The notes: a model not told the origin generated them from the sequence alone. DNA of 64,000 nt from Bacteroidetes bacterium CG12_big_fil_rev_8_21_14_0_65_60_17 (GCA_002787815.1 PCUY01000025.1:44-64043); one strand, 5' to 3'; positions 1 through 8,445 are shown, counted from the first letter of the stretch. Numbers and translations: made by a program.

Positions 1-668
1 GGGGTCTCTTGTCGCGGCCTCTGGGTATTGCCATCATTCTGGTCCTTTTCTTCCTGACTGGGCTCTATCTGATTGGAAAGCTCAGGCTGTCTCATGAGCC
101 TCCGGTGGAGAGCATAGGGGCCGGTCGACTGGTAGCTGCTACAGCGTTTTTCGTACTGTCCCTCTACATGTTTCCGGGCCTATTGGGCTCTCCACTGAAT
201 GCACTCGATGCCTATCTGCCTCCAAGGCAGGCGGGTGATACCGGGCTGTTCAATATGCTTGGTGCCAGCCCGGGATCTGTTGAGGCTGGTGCCGACGATG
301 GCTGGCACGTCGATGATATAGATGCGGCCATCGCGGAAGCATCCGAGCGTGGTCTTCCGATATTCGTTGATTTTACCGGTTATACGTGTACGAATTGCCG
401 CGCCATGGAAACCAACGTATTTCCAAGAGAGGCCGTGGCGGAGCGTCTCAGTAATAACTTCGTGAGGCTGAAGCTCTATACGGACGGTCCTGAACGCGGT
501 GACGAGTTTCACCGCTATCAACTCCGGCTGACCGGAATCGTAGCCTTGCCTACCTATGCGGTCGTGGAGCCGGACGGAGAAACGCTCATTCGCCGCTCGT
601 TCGGGATGATGAATGTCGATCGGTTTGTTGCCTTCCTGGACGAAGGATATTCCAGGTTCAGGTCATAG
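1..668 (+). CDS. DsbD-like thiol:disulfide interchange protein, C-terminal part (5' end lies outside the window)
   Basis: The frame is open from the window edge. Hydrophobic helices are followed by a thioredoxin-fold segment with a CxxC motif (FVDFTGYTCTNCRAMETNVF). Stop codon at 666-668. Confidence 0.75.
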   Translation, partial: GLLSRPLGIAIILVLFFLTGLYLIGKLRLSHEPPVESIGAGRLVAATAFFVLSLYMFPGLLGSPLNALDAYLPPRQAGDTGLFNMLGASPGSVEAGADDGWHVDDIDAAIAEASERGLPIFVDFTGYTCTNCRAMETNVFPREAVAERLSNNFVRLKLYTDGPERGDEFHRYQLRLTGIVALPTYAVVEPDGETLIRRSFGMMNVDRFVAFLDEGYSRFRS

Positions 669-1107
669 GAATCAGCAGCACCATTTGCTTTGACTCCCGG
701 GCGACGGTATTGGTGACACTGCCGAGGAGCATTCGCTCAATGGCGGAATGGCGCGGTTTTCCAAGGAGTATCATGTCCACATCAAGGCGGGTTGCATCTT
801 CGAGGATGACGCGTGCCGGATCTCCACTGTGCAGGGCTGGACGGACGGGGCGTTCGAAGCGTTCCAGGACGAACGTATCAAAGTCGTGTTGTTCGGCTTC
901 GACAATACTTGCTTCTACCGTTGGATCATAGAGAGCGTAGGAGACCTCCCCGAAGCCACTCAGTGGATCCACACCCAATGGTGTTGCAGGCGACGGCACA
1001 TACACGTGCACGACGAACAATTCCGCATCGAGTCGGGAGGCCAACTGCTGGGCGGCGTCGGTGATGTATCGGGGCTCGTTGAGGTCGGTGGCGAAGAGCA
1101 ACTTCAT
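658..1107 (-). CDS. Universal stress protein (UspA family)
   Basis: MKLLFATDL...ELFVVHVY...ILLGKPRHSAIERMLLGSVTNTVARES is a typical Usp ATP-binding C-terminus. I placed the start at MKLLF; the ORF extends to 1116. Confidence 0.8.
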   Translation of the reverse strand: MKLLFATDLNEPRYITDAAQQLASRLDAELFVVHVYVPSPATPLGVDPLSGFGEVSYALYDPTVEASIVEAEQHDFDTFVLERFERPVRPALHSGDPARVILEDATRLDVDMILLGKPRHSAIERMLLGSVTNTVARESKQMVLLIPMT

Positions 1108-1139
1108 GGTGCACATTCCGGAATGTTGTAGCCATTACA

Positions 1140-1847
1140 GTGTACGAGTGCCGGAGTGTGCGTGCAAGAAGGGGAATCCTGATCCCTGTCATGACGTACA
1201 CCGCGTTTATTTCAGGAATGCGATCCATTTTCATGTTTACAGAGACACCCTTTACCATATTCCTGATTCTCATCAATTTGATGGTGAGTGGCTATGCGCT
1301 GTACGGCGACCATGGTTTGGTGGATCGCCTTGCGTTCAGGCCGGCCCGTGTCCTCAGGGATCGGGAGTATTACAGACTGCTCACGGCCGGCTTCGTGCAC
1401 GCCGGACCGGGACATCTTGCCTTCAACATGTTGACGCTGTTCTTCTTCGGCCCCGCCTTGGAGCAGCTCATGGGTTCTGTCGGTTTCCTTCTCGTGTATT
1501 TCGTGAGCGAACTGGTGGCACATGGCGTTACACTGTGGTGGCAGAGAAATTCGCATGCATATGCTGCCGTTGGTGCGTCGGGTGCGATTTCGGGTGTGTT
1601 GCTGGCATTCTGCCTGTTCCGGCCGTTCGATCGCATTGGGCTTTTTTTCGCGATATGGATGCCAGCATGGTTGTTTGCCGTGGGCTTCCTGGGATTTTCA
1701 GTGTACGCCATGAGAAAGCGTCAGCAGGGAGCATTGGGAGGCATTGCTCACGAAGCACATCTCGGAGGAGCCTTGGGCGGTCTTGTTACCACACTGCTCC
1801 TCGAGCCCTCGGCACTGTCCATATTTTTCGGACAGATTCTGGGATAA
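1140..1847 (+). CDS. Rhomboid family intramembrane serine protease
   Basis: FVHAGPGHLAFNML, the catalytic GASGAISG, and HEAHLGGALGG, with multiple TM helices. The exact start is uncertain (internal Met at residues 18, 27 and 32). Confidence 0.88.
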   Translation: MYECRSVRARRGILIPVMTYTAFISGMRSIFMFTETPFTIFLILINLMVSGYALYGDHGLVDRLAFRPARVLRDREYYRLLTAGFVHAGPGHLAFNMLTLFFFGPALEQLMGSVGFLLVYFVSELVAHGVTLWWQRNSHAYAAVGASGAISGVLLAFCLFRPFDRIGLFFAIWMPAWLFAVGFLGFSVYAMRKRQQGALGGIAHEAHLGGALGGLVTTLLLEPSALSIFFGQILG

Positions 1848-2030
1848 GCCGTTATTGTCTTTCCCCATAACTGTGCTTAAAAGGCCTTAAAACGCGTGTA
1901 AAACCGTATTTATGTCATGTTACCGTTATTGTATTTTGTTTTTACCCGCCGGGATGTGTACATTCCCTGCACTCATGCCGCCTGGTAACAAGCCGTTCCG
2001 GCTTACTCAGTCGCGCAGTGACTATGGGCA

Positions 2031-2064
2031 GCAAAGGGCCCGGTCGTACGACCGGGCCCTTTGC
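2031..2064. repeat. Perfect 34-nt palindrome (16-bp arms) in an intergenic region
   Basis: gcaaagggcccggtcg ta cgaccgggccctttgc. No U-tract follows on either strand, so it is not a canonical terminator. Confidence 0.9.
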
Positions 2065-2079
2065 ATTGTCCCCGACCGG

Positions 2080-2111
2080 GTGTGGACAACTGTGTGGACA
2101 ACGGTGTGAAC
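2080..2111 (+). repeat. Phased direct repeats GTGTGGACAAC x2 plus a degenerate third copy (12-nt period)
   Basis: gtgtggacaac at 2080-2090 and 2092-2102, then ggtgtgaac. The array lies about 60-90 nt upstream of the predicted transcription start at 2167. Confidence 0.8.
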
Positions 2112-2131
2112 TCTTTGTTGATTAGTTGGCA

Positions 2132-2160
2132 TTGACTTGACAGGATAATGGGGGTATAAT
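2132..2160 (+). promoter_or_regulatory. Near-consensus sigma70-type promoter (TTGACT, 17-nt spacer, TATAAT)
   Basis: -35 TTGACT at 2132-2137, an exact 17-nt spacer, -10 TATAAT at 2155-2160, and A2167 at the expected start site. Caveat: Bacteroidota housekeeping promoters use a different consensus, so function here is inferred. Confidence 0.45.
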
Positions 2161-2166
2161 TCTCCC

Positions 2167-2714
2167 AGTGCCTGACGGCACCGTTCCTTGACGCGACTGA
2201 GTCTTTAGGCTGCATGAGAGGTTTCTCACGCAATCATGTATTGCACGTGCTACCGACAGTTGAATGGACATCGTATGGCCGGTTAAGATGCTGGGCTGCC
2301 AGGAAGGTGTTGTACTGCGACGGATCTTCGGATTGGTCCGGTACGGCAGGTGAACCTGCGCGCCTCGCACGACGCTGGTCAGGTGTGCTCCACAAAGAGT
2401 GTATCGACGATGTCAGGACGACGACAGGCAATCAGATTTTGTCCGACCGGACGTTTTTCGGAGCGAATCGGCGGCGAGACGACCTGAGGTACGGAGAGAC
2501 GTTCTCTATCGTGTGCCCATACGATGGAGTACCTGCTGGCGACTCACTTCGGTGGTCGTTGGTTGGCCGGACAGCGCCCAGTGTGCTGTCTTTTCCACCA
2601 AAAGACAAGAACCTTCCTTCGGGAAGGTTCTCGCGTCAGGAGAACATTTGGCCGGTTTTCTTCGAAAGAAGGGCCGTCCGCAAAAAAGCCACCCGGTTTC
2701 GGGTGGCTTTTTTT
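2167..2714 (+). ncRNA. Candidate structured non-coding RNA of unknown family (~550 nt, promoter to terminator)
   Basis: No protein-like ORF is present. Hairpins capped by UUCG lie at 2319-2338, 2540-2558 and 2608-2631 (the last is 10 bp perfect). A GAAA-capped hairpin lies at 2650-2675. A possible closing helix pairs 2171-2177 with 2634-2640. An intrinsic terminator lies at 2688-2714. The tetraloops read as stable loops only on the + strand. Confidence 0.4.
2688..2714. terminator. Bidirectional rho-independent terminator
   Basis: An 8-bp GC-rich stem (gccacccg / cgggtggc) with a 4-nt loop, an A6 tract upstream and a T7 tract downstream. It could terminate both the + strand RNA candidate and the convergent HAD gene. 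Confidence 0.7.
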
Positions 2715-2758
2715 GTTTCAGATGGAGATGCTTGCCACGGTTGGGGCACTACGGCGAG

Positions 2759-3457
2759 TCAGACGTCCAGCAGCTTTGCGAGCAGGTCAGACCACTGCCG
2801 AAACGAAAAGACCCGGGGCGAAGGGTGATCGTCGCCATGAAACCAGGCTACATACCAACCAGCTCCGATACCACCGGTCACATCGGAAGACAGCGAATCT
2901 CCAATGTAGAGTACATGTTCGCCCGTGTGTCCACACAATTCCTCGGCATGACGGAAAATACGCACATCCGGCTTGAGAACACCCGTTTCTTCGCTGATAA
3001 CGATGTGTGAGCACGCGCGGGAGAGCTCTGGAAACCGCTGGAGCTTGGCGTGTTGTACCTCAGTGAATCCATTGGTCATCAGCCCGACCGGGTAGTGCTC
3101 AGCCATTCGAATCAAGGCTTCACGTGCACCCTCTACCCAGTTCCAGAAAGATGCATAGAGTCGCAGATACTCGTCTGCCAGGAGTACTGTGTTTTCCTTG
3201 CCGTCTGGATGGACGTCAAGAAGCAATAACTCAAAGCGACCGTACTTCGTGCTGGTTTTGTCCCGGACTCCGGCTGCGTACTCCGTCCATACCTGTCGGT
3301 TGACACGGGCATACGCGTTGCGGACGTCGCTGAGCGACGCATCTCCAAACAATGTTCCATGGCGTGCAACAAGGGCCTCCAACGCAAGCAACTCGGCTCC
3401 CTTATGGTCAAGAAGGGTATCGTCGAGGTCGAACCAGACGAACCTGATATCATTCAT
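2759..3457 (-). CDS. HAD-superfamily hydrolase (subfamily IA-like)
   Basis: Motif I FDLDDTLL, motif II LMTNG, motif IV YIGDSLSSD. The start overlaps the upstream stop in an ATGA arrangement. Confidence 0.85.
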   Translation of the reverse strand: MNDIRFVWFDLDDTLLDHKGAELLALEALVARHGTLFGDASLSDVRNAYARVNRQVWTEYAAGVRDKTSTKYGRFELLLLDVHPDGKENTVLLADEYLRLYASFWNWVEGAREALIRMAEHYPVGLMTNGFTEVQHAKLQRFPELSRACSHIVISEETGVLKPDVRIFRHAEELCGHTGEHVLYIGDSLSSDVTGGIGAGWYVAWFHGDDHPSPRVFSFRQWSDLLAKLLDV

Positions 3458-4590
3458 GGCAGGCGCATCTCATAAAGACCATACTCCTTGTCAACGGCTG
3501 AGTTGAGTGAATGGAGGGCGCTTTTGAGGCGACTGTTGGAGTCGAGTACCCAGCTCATTTCACAGCCGGTAATGCCCATGCGACGTCCGGTCTGAATGGT
3601 CTGGTTGATGACCAGTGCATCCAGGCCGCGACCGTGGTGTGATCTCCGGACTCCCATGAGGGGCATGCGAATTTCCCGGATAACATCGCTCTTCGCCAGA
3701 AAGAGCAATTTGAGAAATCCAAACGGCAACAGGCGTCCTTCGTTCAGTGTTTTTATGGCGTAATTCAGATCCGGGAGGGAAACGGCGAATGCAACGGGGT
3801 CGCCGTCATCCTCCACCAGCACTACCAGGCGTGGATCAATGATCTGCTTCAAATCTTTGGCAAGCCGATCGAATTCGCGATTGGTCATGGGCACGTGACC
3901 CCAGTTGTCTGACCATGCTTCGTTGTAGATTTCGCGGATATACTCGGCATCGCGCTTGAAGTGGTCCATGTCGAGGTTGCGTACCCGAAGGCCGGGATAC
4001 CGCTTCAGGACAAGTTCCGACCCGCGTTTCAGCTTGGCATCCTGGAGGTACTTGATATTCGTGTAGTAGGCCCACATGGTCATGGCACGCTCAAGGCCGA
4101 ATGTGAGCAGATGCGCTTCATACCACGGGTGATTGTAGGGCATGAGTATGGCCGGCTGGCTGTCAAATCCATCCACGAGCAGCCCCGCCGTGTCATTCAT
4201 GGACGGGTTGACCGGACCGCGCATATGGGTCAGCCCGCGCGCCCTGAGCCAGTTCGCTGCCGCCCTGAGGAGGGCCTCTGACACGGCCAGGTCATCTGCG
4301 GCCTCAAAAAAACCGAAAAAGCCCACGCCATCGTCGTATTTCCGGAGATGTTCTCCGTTGACTATGGCGGCTATTCGTCCGACGACGTTACCCTTCTCGT
4401 CACGCGCGATAAAAAGTTGCATGTCGCCATGGTCGAAGAACGGGTTCTTCTTCCTGCTGAGTACATGCTTTGTATCGATTCTGAGGGGAGGTACCCAGAA
4501 CGGTTCATCCCGGTAGGCATCGTAAGGATACCGGAGAAACGCTCTGTTGTCCTTCCGGGAAGAAACCTGACTGACCGTCACCGTTGACAT
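3454..4590 (-). CDS. GNAT-related acyltransferase-like protein of unknown function (378 aa)
   Basis: The N-terminus (SRKDNRAFLRYPYDAYRDEPFWVPPLRIDTKHVLSRKKNPFF) matches a family I recall being annotated as N-acetyltransferase in Bacteroidota. It is translationally coupled on both sides. Confidence 0.6.
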   Translation of the reverse strand: MSTVTVSQVSSRKDNRAFLRYPYDAYRDEPFWVPPLRIDTKHVLSRKKNPFFDHGDMQLFIARDEKGNVVGRIAAIVNGEHLRKYDDGVGFFGFFEAADDLAVSEALLRAAANWLRARGLTHMRGPVNPSMNDTAGLLVDGFDSQPAILMPYNHPWYEAHLLTFGLERAMTMWAYYTNIKYLQDAKLKRGSELVLKRYPGLRVRNLDMDHFKRDAEYIREIYNEAWSDNWGHVPMTNREFDRLAKDLKQIIDPRLVVLVEDDGDPVAFAVSLPDLNYAIKTLNEGRLLPFGFLKLLFLAKSDVIREIRMPLMGVRRSHHGRGLDALVINQTIQTGRRMGITGCEMSWVLDSNSRLKSALHSLNSAVDKEYGLYEMRLP

Positions 4591-5888
4591 CAGGCGGCAC
4601 TGCCGTTGCTTGACACGATGCCGTGTTTGCGACCCACGCGGTAAAAAGCATCGAGGATGAAATCGAGATCATCGTTCGTGTGCGTCGCCATGTAGGATGT
4701 TCGCAGTACGGACTGTCCGGTTGGTACGGCGGGAGGAACCACGGCGTTCACGAAGACACCGGCATCGAGCAGGTCGCGCCACATTTCGAAGCAGGTTCGC
4801 ATATTCCCTGCCAGGACGGGAATAATGGGCGATTGGCTTGTCCACACGTTGAAGCCTGCATTCCGGAACCCGTCGCGCATATAATCGGAAATTTCCCACA
4901 AACGGTCGAGCCGCCATGGCTCCTCTTCGAGGATTTCCAGGCACTTGAGGACCGTGGCCACATTCGAAGGTGGCATGGAGGCCGAGAAAATGTGGGCAAA
5001 GCTGGTGTGGCGAATATACTCGATGATATCGGCGTCACCGACACAGAATCCACCCAGCGAAGCGAAACTCTTGGAAAACGTACCGGTGGTCAGGTGAACC
5101 CGCTCACCCAGGTCGAAATGTGCCGCTGTTCCCCGTCCTCCGGGGCCAATGACGCCCACAGCGTGGGCATCATCCGACATCAGTACGGCGTCGAACTCTT
5201 CGGCTAAATCGGCAAGACCAGGCAACTGGGCCATGACTCCATTCATGGAGAAGACGCCATCGGTTACAATCAGGCGGCCGGCATCGGGGTTGTCGAGATA
5301 GGAGCGCTCCAGCAGCAGGCGCAGGTGTTTCAGGTCATTGTGACGGAACCGGATAGTTTCGGCCCGGGCCAGTTGCGTACCGGCAACGATACATGCGTGG
5401 TTTTCCTTGTCGGAGTATATGAAGTCCCCTTTTCCCGCAATGGATTGGATGACCCCTTCGTTGGTCATGTAGCCCGTCGAAAACAGGACGCACGCTTCGC
5501 GACCCATGAATCGGGACAGGCGTTCTTCCAACTGGATGTGCAGGTCAAGCGTACCATTGAGGAAGCGACTTCCCGTGCATCCCGTGCCGTATTTGTGGAT
5601 GGCCGCCTCTGCAGCCTCACGGACCCGCTCATCCGAAAGAAGCCCCAGGTAGTTGTTGGAGCCTGCCATGATGATTTCACGGCCGTTCATGATGGCCCGA
5701 GTGCCATCGTTACGTTCTATGGGTCGAAAATAGGGATAAAGGCCAGCCGACTTGATCTGGGAATACAAACCTGACTCGTCAAAAAATGCGTGGCATTTCC
5801 TGAACAGACCAGGCTCACTGGTCCGGGCCGTCGCGGTTGCATCCGTCAGTCCCGGAATGGAGCCAATTGAATTGTTGCCGTGGGGCAT
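4590..5888 (-). CDS. Alpha-oxoamine synthase family PLP enzyme (BioF/Kbl/serine palmitoyltransferase-like)
   Basis: NNYLGL, GTGCTGSRFLNG, SDDAHAVG, and the PLP-lysine motif TGTFSKSFASLGG. It carries about 45 extra N-terminal residues relative to BioF/Kbl. Confidence 0.9.
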   Translation of the reverse strand: MPHGNNSIGSIPGLTDATATARTSEPGLFRKCHAFFDESGLYSQIKSAGLYPYFRPIERNDGTRAIMNGREIIMAGSNNYLGLLSDERVREAAEAAIHKYGTGCTGSRFLNGTLDLHIQLEERLSRFMGREACVLFSTGYMTNEGVIQSIAGKGDFIYSDKENHACIVAGTQLARAETIRFRHNDLKHLRLLLERSYLDNPDAGRLIVTDGVFSMNGVMAQLPGLADLAEEFDAVLMSDDAHAVGVIGPGGRGTAAHFDLGERVHLTTGTFSKSFASLGGFCVGDADIIEYIRHTSFAHIFSASMPPSNVATVLKCLEILEEEPWRLDRLWEISDYMRDGFRNAGFNVWTSQSPIIPVLAGNMRTCFEMWRDLLDAGVFVNAVVPPAVPTGQSVLRTSYMATHTNDDLDFILDAFYRVGRKHGIVSSNGSAA

Positions 5889-5993
5889 GATGGAGTGGTT
5901 CAGTGGAGTTGGATCGTCCTTGGGCCGATCATGGGACGTATTGTGATGGAACAGGTTACACTGACGGGGAGGACAGGTTCATTTTCTGTCTCC

Positions 5994-6569
5994 TCAAAAG
6001 CGGTATCCGACGGCCGGTCCCAGCCCGTCGGGCGAGACATGCAACCGGATGGAAAGGTCATCTTCCACGTCAAAATCGATTAAATGAGCGCTGACGTAAG
6101 CGTCCAGCAAGGCCAGACCGTATACAAAGCCGATGCCAATTGCCGAAAGGTCACGATTGCGTCGGAAATTATTCCGTCGCGTCTCAATGGGGCGGGACGA
6201 AATGGGACCGAACTCGGCGGCCAGCGTGTTGTATGCCGGCATCAGATCCGCATTCGGGTTGCTGTCCAGTTGCCCTGCATCTACCAGTTCCTGGAAGGCC
6301 TTGTACCGGAAAGCGTCCCGGTAGAGCGTGTAGTCCCGCTGATTCTGGACGGTCGAGACAACCAGTGCGCCAAGGGCGGCATAGACAAACGGTACTTTGA
6401 TATGGTGTCCGTTGTAGACCTGTCCCCAGCCGGGTACAGCTGCGCTTCGCCACAGGGCTCCCCGTGGTGAATGCTCGGCCGGTCGATCGCTCGCAACCTG
6501 GGCGCACGAGGGTTGCCACATGCCCGTGGCCGCCACGATAAGGATCAGCATCAGGTATCGGCACATCAC
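5994..6569 (-). CDS. DUF5683 domain-containing membrane protein
   Basis: The ALWRSAAVPGWGQVYNGHHIKVPFVY motif and an N-terminal signal. It sits directly downstream of parB, as is usual in Bacteroidota. Confidence 0.7.
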   Translation of the reverse strand: MMCRYLMLILIVAATGMWQPSCAQVASDRPAEHSPRGALWRSAAVPGWGQVYNGHHIKVPFVYAALGALVVSTVQNQRDYTLYRDAFRYKAFQELVDAGQLDSNPNADLMPAYNTLAAEFGPISSRPIETRRNNFRRNRDLSAIGIGFVYGLALLDAYVSAHLIDFDVEDDLSIRLHVSPDGLGPAVGYRF

Positions 6570-6574
6570 AGGTA

Positions 6575-7516
6575 CTAATCGTCAGCAAGCAGATCGGCCA
6601 GGCGCTCCAGATCCTCAGCCGAGTAGTACTCCACTTCAATTCGACCGGTACGGCCATCTGTGGATGGCTTTATGGAGACTTTCGTGCCCAGTCTGCTCCG
6701 GATCCGGTCGGTGATGCGGTCCAATTCCAGTCGGATGTGGCGCGGAATGGACTCGGACTCGGACGCTGTTGTCTTCTTTTTGGAGCCTGGCGAGGCCAAC
6801 CGCTTGACCATGGATTCCGTGTCCCGGACCGAAAGCCCCTTCTGGACAATGGCATCCAGGACATCCTGTTGAAGGGCATCGCTTCCCAGAGAGAGCAGGG
6901 CCCGTGCATGACCAATGGACAGGTATCCATCCCGAAGTCCCGCCTGTATGACCGGTGGCAGATTCAGAAGGCGTAGATAGTTGGCCACAGCAGGCCGGCT
7001 TTTCCCTACTTTTTCGGCCACCTGCTCCTGCGTCAGCCCACACTCATCCATGAGACGTCTGTATCCCAGGCTGATTTCAATCGGATTCAGTTGCTCCCGC
7101 TGTACGTTTTCGACGATCGCCATTTCGAGCATGGCCTCCGTGTCCGCCTCTCGCACGAACGCCGGGACACGCTCGAGCCCGGCCAGACTGGCTGCCCGCA
7201 ATCGGCGTTCCCCCGAGATGAGCTCATATTGATTGGGTCCTCGGCTGCGAACAGTCAGCGGCTGAATAATACCCAGGTGACGGATGGACTGTGCCAATTC
7301 TTCCAGCGCCGCCTCGTCGAAGTTTTCCCTGGGCTGGAAGGGGTTCGGGGAGATGCGGTCCACTGCGATGTCCGAGATTTTCCCGGATGTCCGTATGCGA
7401 TCCTCGAAGTTGTACAGGCGGCTTTCCGGATCCCGGCTGCCCGCTGGATACTCCGATTCGGAATCGGGCAGGAGTGCACCCAGACCTTTCCCGAGAGCGG
7501 CTTTTCGTTTTGTCAT
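6575..7516 (-). CDS. parB: Chromosome partitioning protein ParB/Spo0J
   Basis: KGLGALL, ISPNPFQPRENFD, IIQPLTVR and LISGERRLRA (ParB box), plus an HTH segment. Confidence 0.95.
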   Translation of the reverse strand: MTKRKAALGKGLGALLPDSESEYPAGSRDPESRLYNFEDRIRTSGKISDIAVDRISPNPFQPRENFDEAALEELAQSIRHLGIIQPLTVRSRGPNQYELISGERRLRAASLAGLERVPAFVREADTEAMLEMAIVENVQREQLNPIEISLGYRRLMDECGLTQEQVAEKVGKSRPAVANYLRLLNLPPVIQAGLRDGYLSIGHARALLSLGSDALQQDVLDAIVQKGLSVRDTESMVKRLASPGSKKKTTASESESIPRHIRLELDRITDRIRSRLGTKVSIKPSTDGRTGRIEVEYYSAEDLERLADLLADD

Positions 7517-7528
7517 GGGATGAGGGCC

Positions 7529-8323
7529 CTAATTCTGGTTGTTTGCAGTCTGCAGATAGGCCACGTTGTTGGCAATGATTTCGCGCGCAAGTCCAATATA
7601 ATTGCGGGAGCCCGTGCTGGCTGCATCGTACATGATCACCGGTTTTCCGAAACTGGGCGCTTCTGAAAGCCGGACGTTCCGTTGCACAATCGTCTGGAAG
7701 ACTTTGTCACCGAAATAGCGCCTGACTTCGGTGGCAACCTGGTTGGCCAGACGAAGCCGCGTGTCGAACATGGTCAACGCGACGCCTTCGATTTCGAGGT
7801 CCGGGTTCAAATGCTGACGGACCAACTTGATCGTATTGAGCAACTGTCCCAGACCCTCGAGTGCAAAATATTCTGCCTGAACCGGGATGATCACGGAGTC
7901 GGCGGCTGTCAATGAGTTCAGGGTCAGCAGTCCCAGTGACGGAGGGCAGTCTATGATGATGAAATCGAAGGAATTTCGCACTTCGGCAAGGGCTTTCCTC
8001 AGAATGCGCTCCCGGTCTACGACGTCGATCATCTCGATTTCAGCCCCAACCAGGTTGATGTGGCTTGGCAACAGATGCAGGAATTCCATCTCCGTCGGCA
8101 AAATGACCTCCGGAGCCGTTTTTTCACCAATCAGCACTTCATATGCGGACCCTGCCACACTCTTTACATCGACGCCTACTCCGGAGGACCCATTCGCCTG
8201 CGGGTCGAAATCTATGAGCAGCGTCCTGTGTTCCATGGCCGCAATGGAGGCAGCTACGTTCACAGCTGTCGTCGTTTTTCCGACTCCTCCTTTCTGGTTC
8301 GCTACCGCGATGATCTTGCCCAT
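7529..8323 (-). CDS. parA: Chromosome partitioning ATPase ParA/Soj
   Basis: Deviant Walker A in [19 protein letters not shown]. The ORF extends two codons further, to 8329. Confidence 0.95.
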   Translation of the reverse strand: MGKIIAVANQKGGVGKTTTAVNVAASIAAMEHRTLLIDFDPQANGSSGVGVDVKSVAGSAYEVLIGEKTAPEVILPTEMEFLHLLPSHINLVGAEIEMIDVVDRERILRKALAEVRNSFDFIIIDCPPSLGLLTLNSLTAADSVIIPVQAEYFALEGLGQLLNTIKLVRQHLNPDLEIEGVALTMFDTRLRLANQVATEVRRYFGDKVFQTIVQRNVRLSEAPSFGKPVIMYDAASTGSRNYIGLAREIIANNVAYLQTANNQN

Positions 8324-8445
8324 GAACACCTCATTGAGTGACCGTGCAATCTATGAACCTTGCCTGTGCGAAGCCAACGGAACGGGGGGAGTGCAAAAAA
8401 GCCCCCCTGTTTTTTGGAAGTAACCATAAATTACTAACTTGAGTC

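Noticed and set aside
2167-2714. Possibility that the non-coding unit is tmRNA, RNase P RNA or SRP RNA. The CCACCA string at 2594-2599 briefly suggested a tmRNA 3' end.
   Set aside because: For tmRNA, there is no GGGG...UUCGAC 5' end, no T-arm before the CCACCA, no 5' strand able to form an acceptor stem with it, and no ALAA-type tag frame. For RNase P, the CR-I motif (GGAAAGUCC) and the CR-V motif (ACAGAA..GGCUUA) are absent. The SRP domain IV motif is also absent. A covariance-model search is still needed.
2214-3010. ORFs at 2214-2828 (204 aa) and 2399-3010 (203 aa) as possible genes in the gene-free interval.
   Set aside because: Their translations are R/C/W/G-rich with no domain-like segments. 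Both run through a strong terminator and into the antisense strand of the HAD gene. They look like chance ORFs in GC-rich DNA.
8384-8415. Terminator-like G6/C6 hairpin followed by a T-run, in the divergent parA / GNAT promoter region.
   Set aside because: No + strand transcription unit lies upstream for it to terminate. The stem is only 6 bp with a 12-nt loop. It is more likely part of the parA 5' leader or a chance feature.
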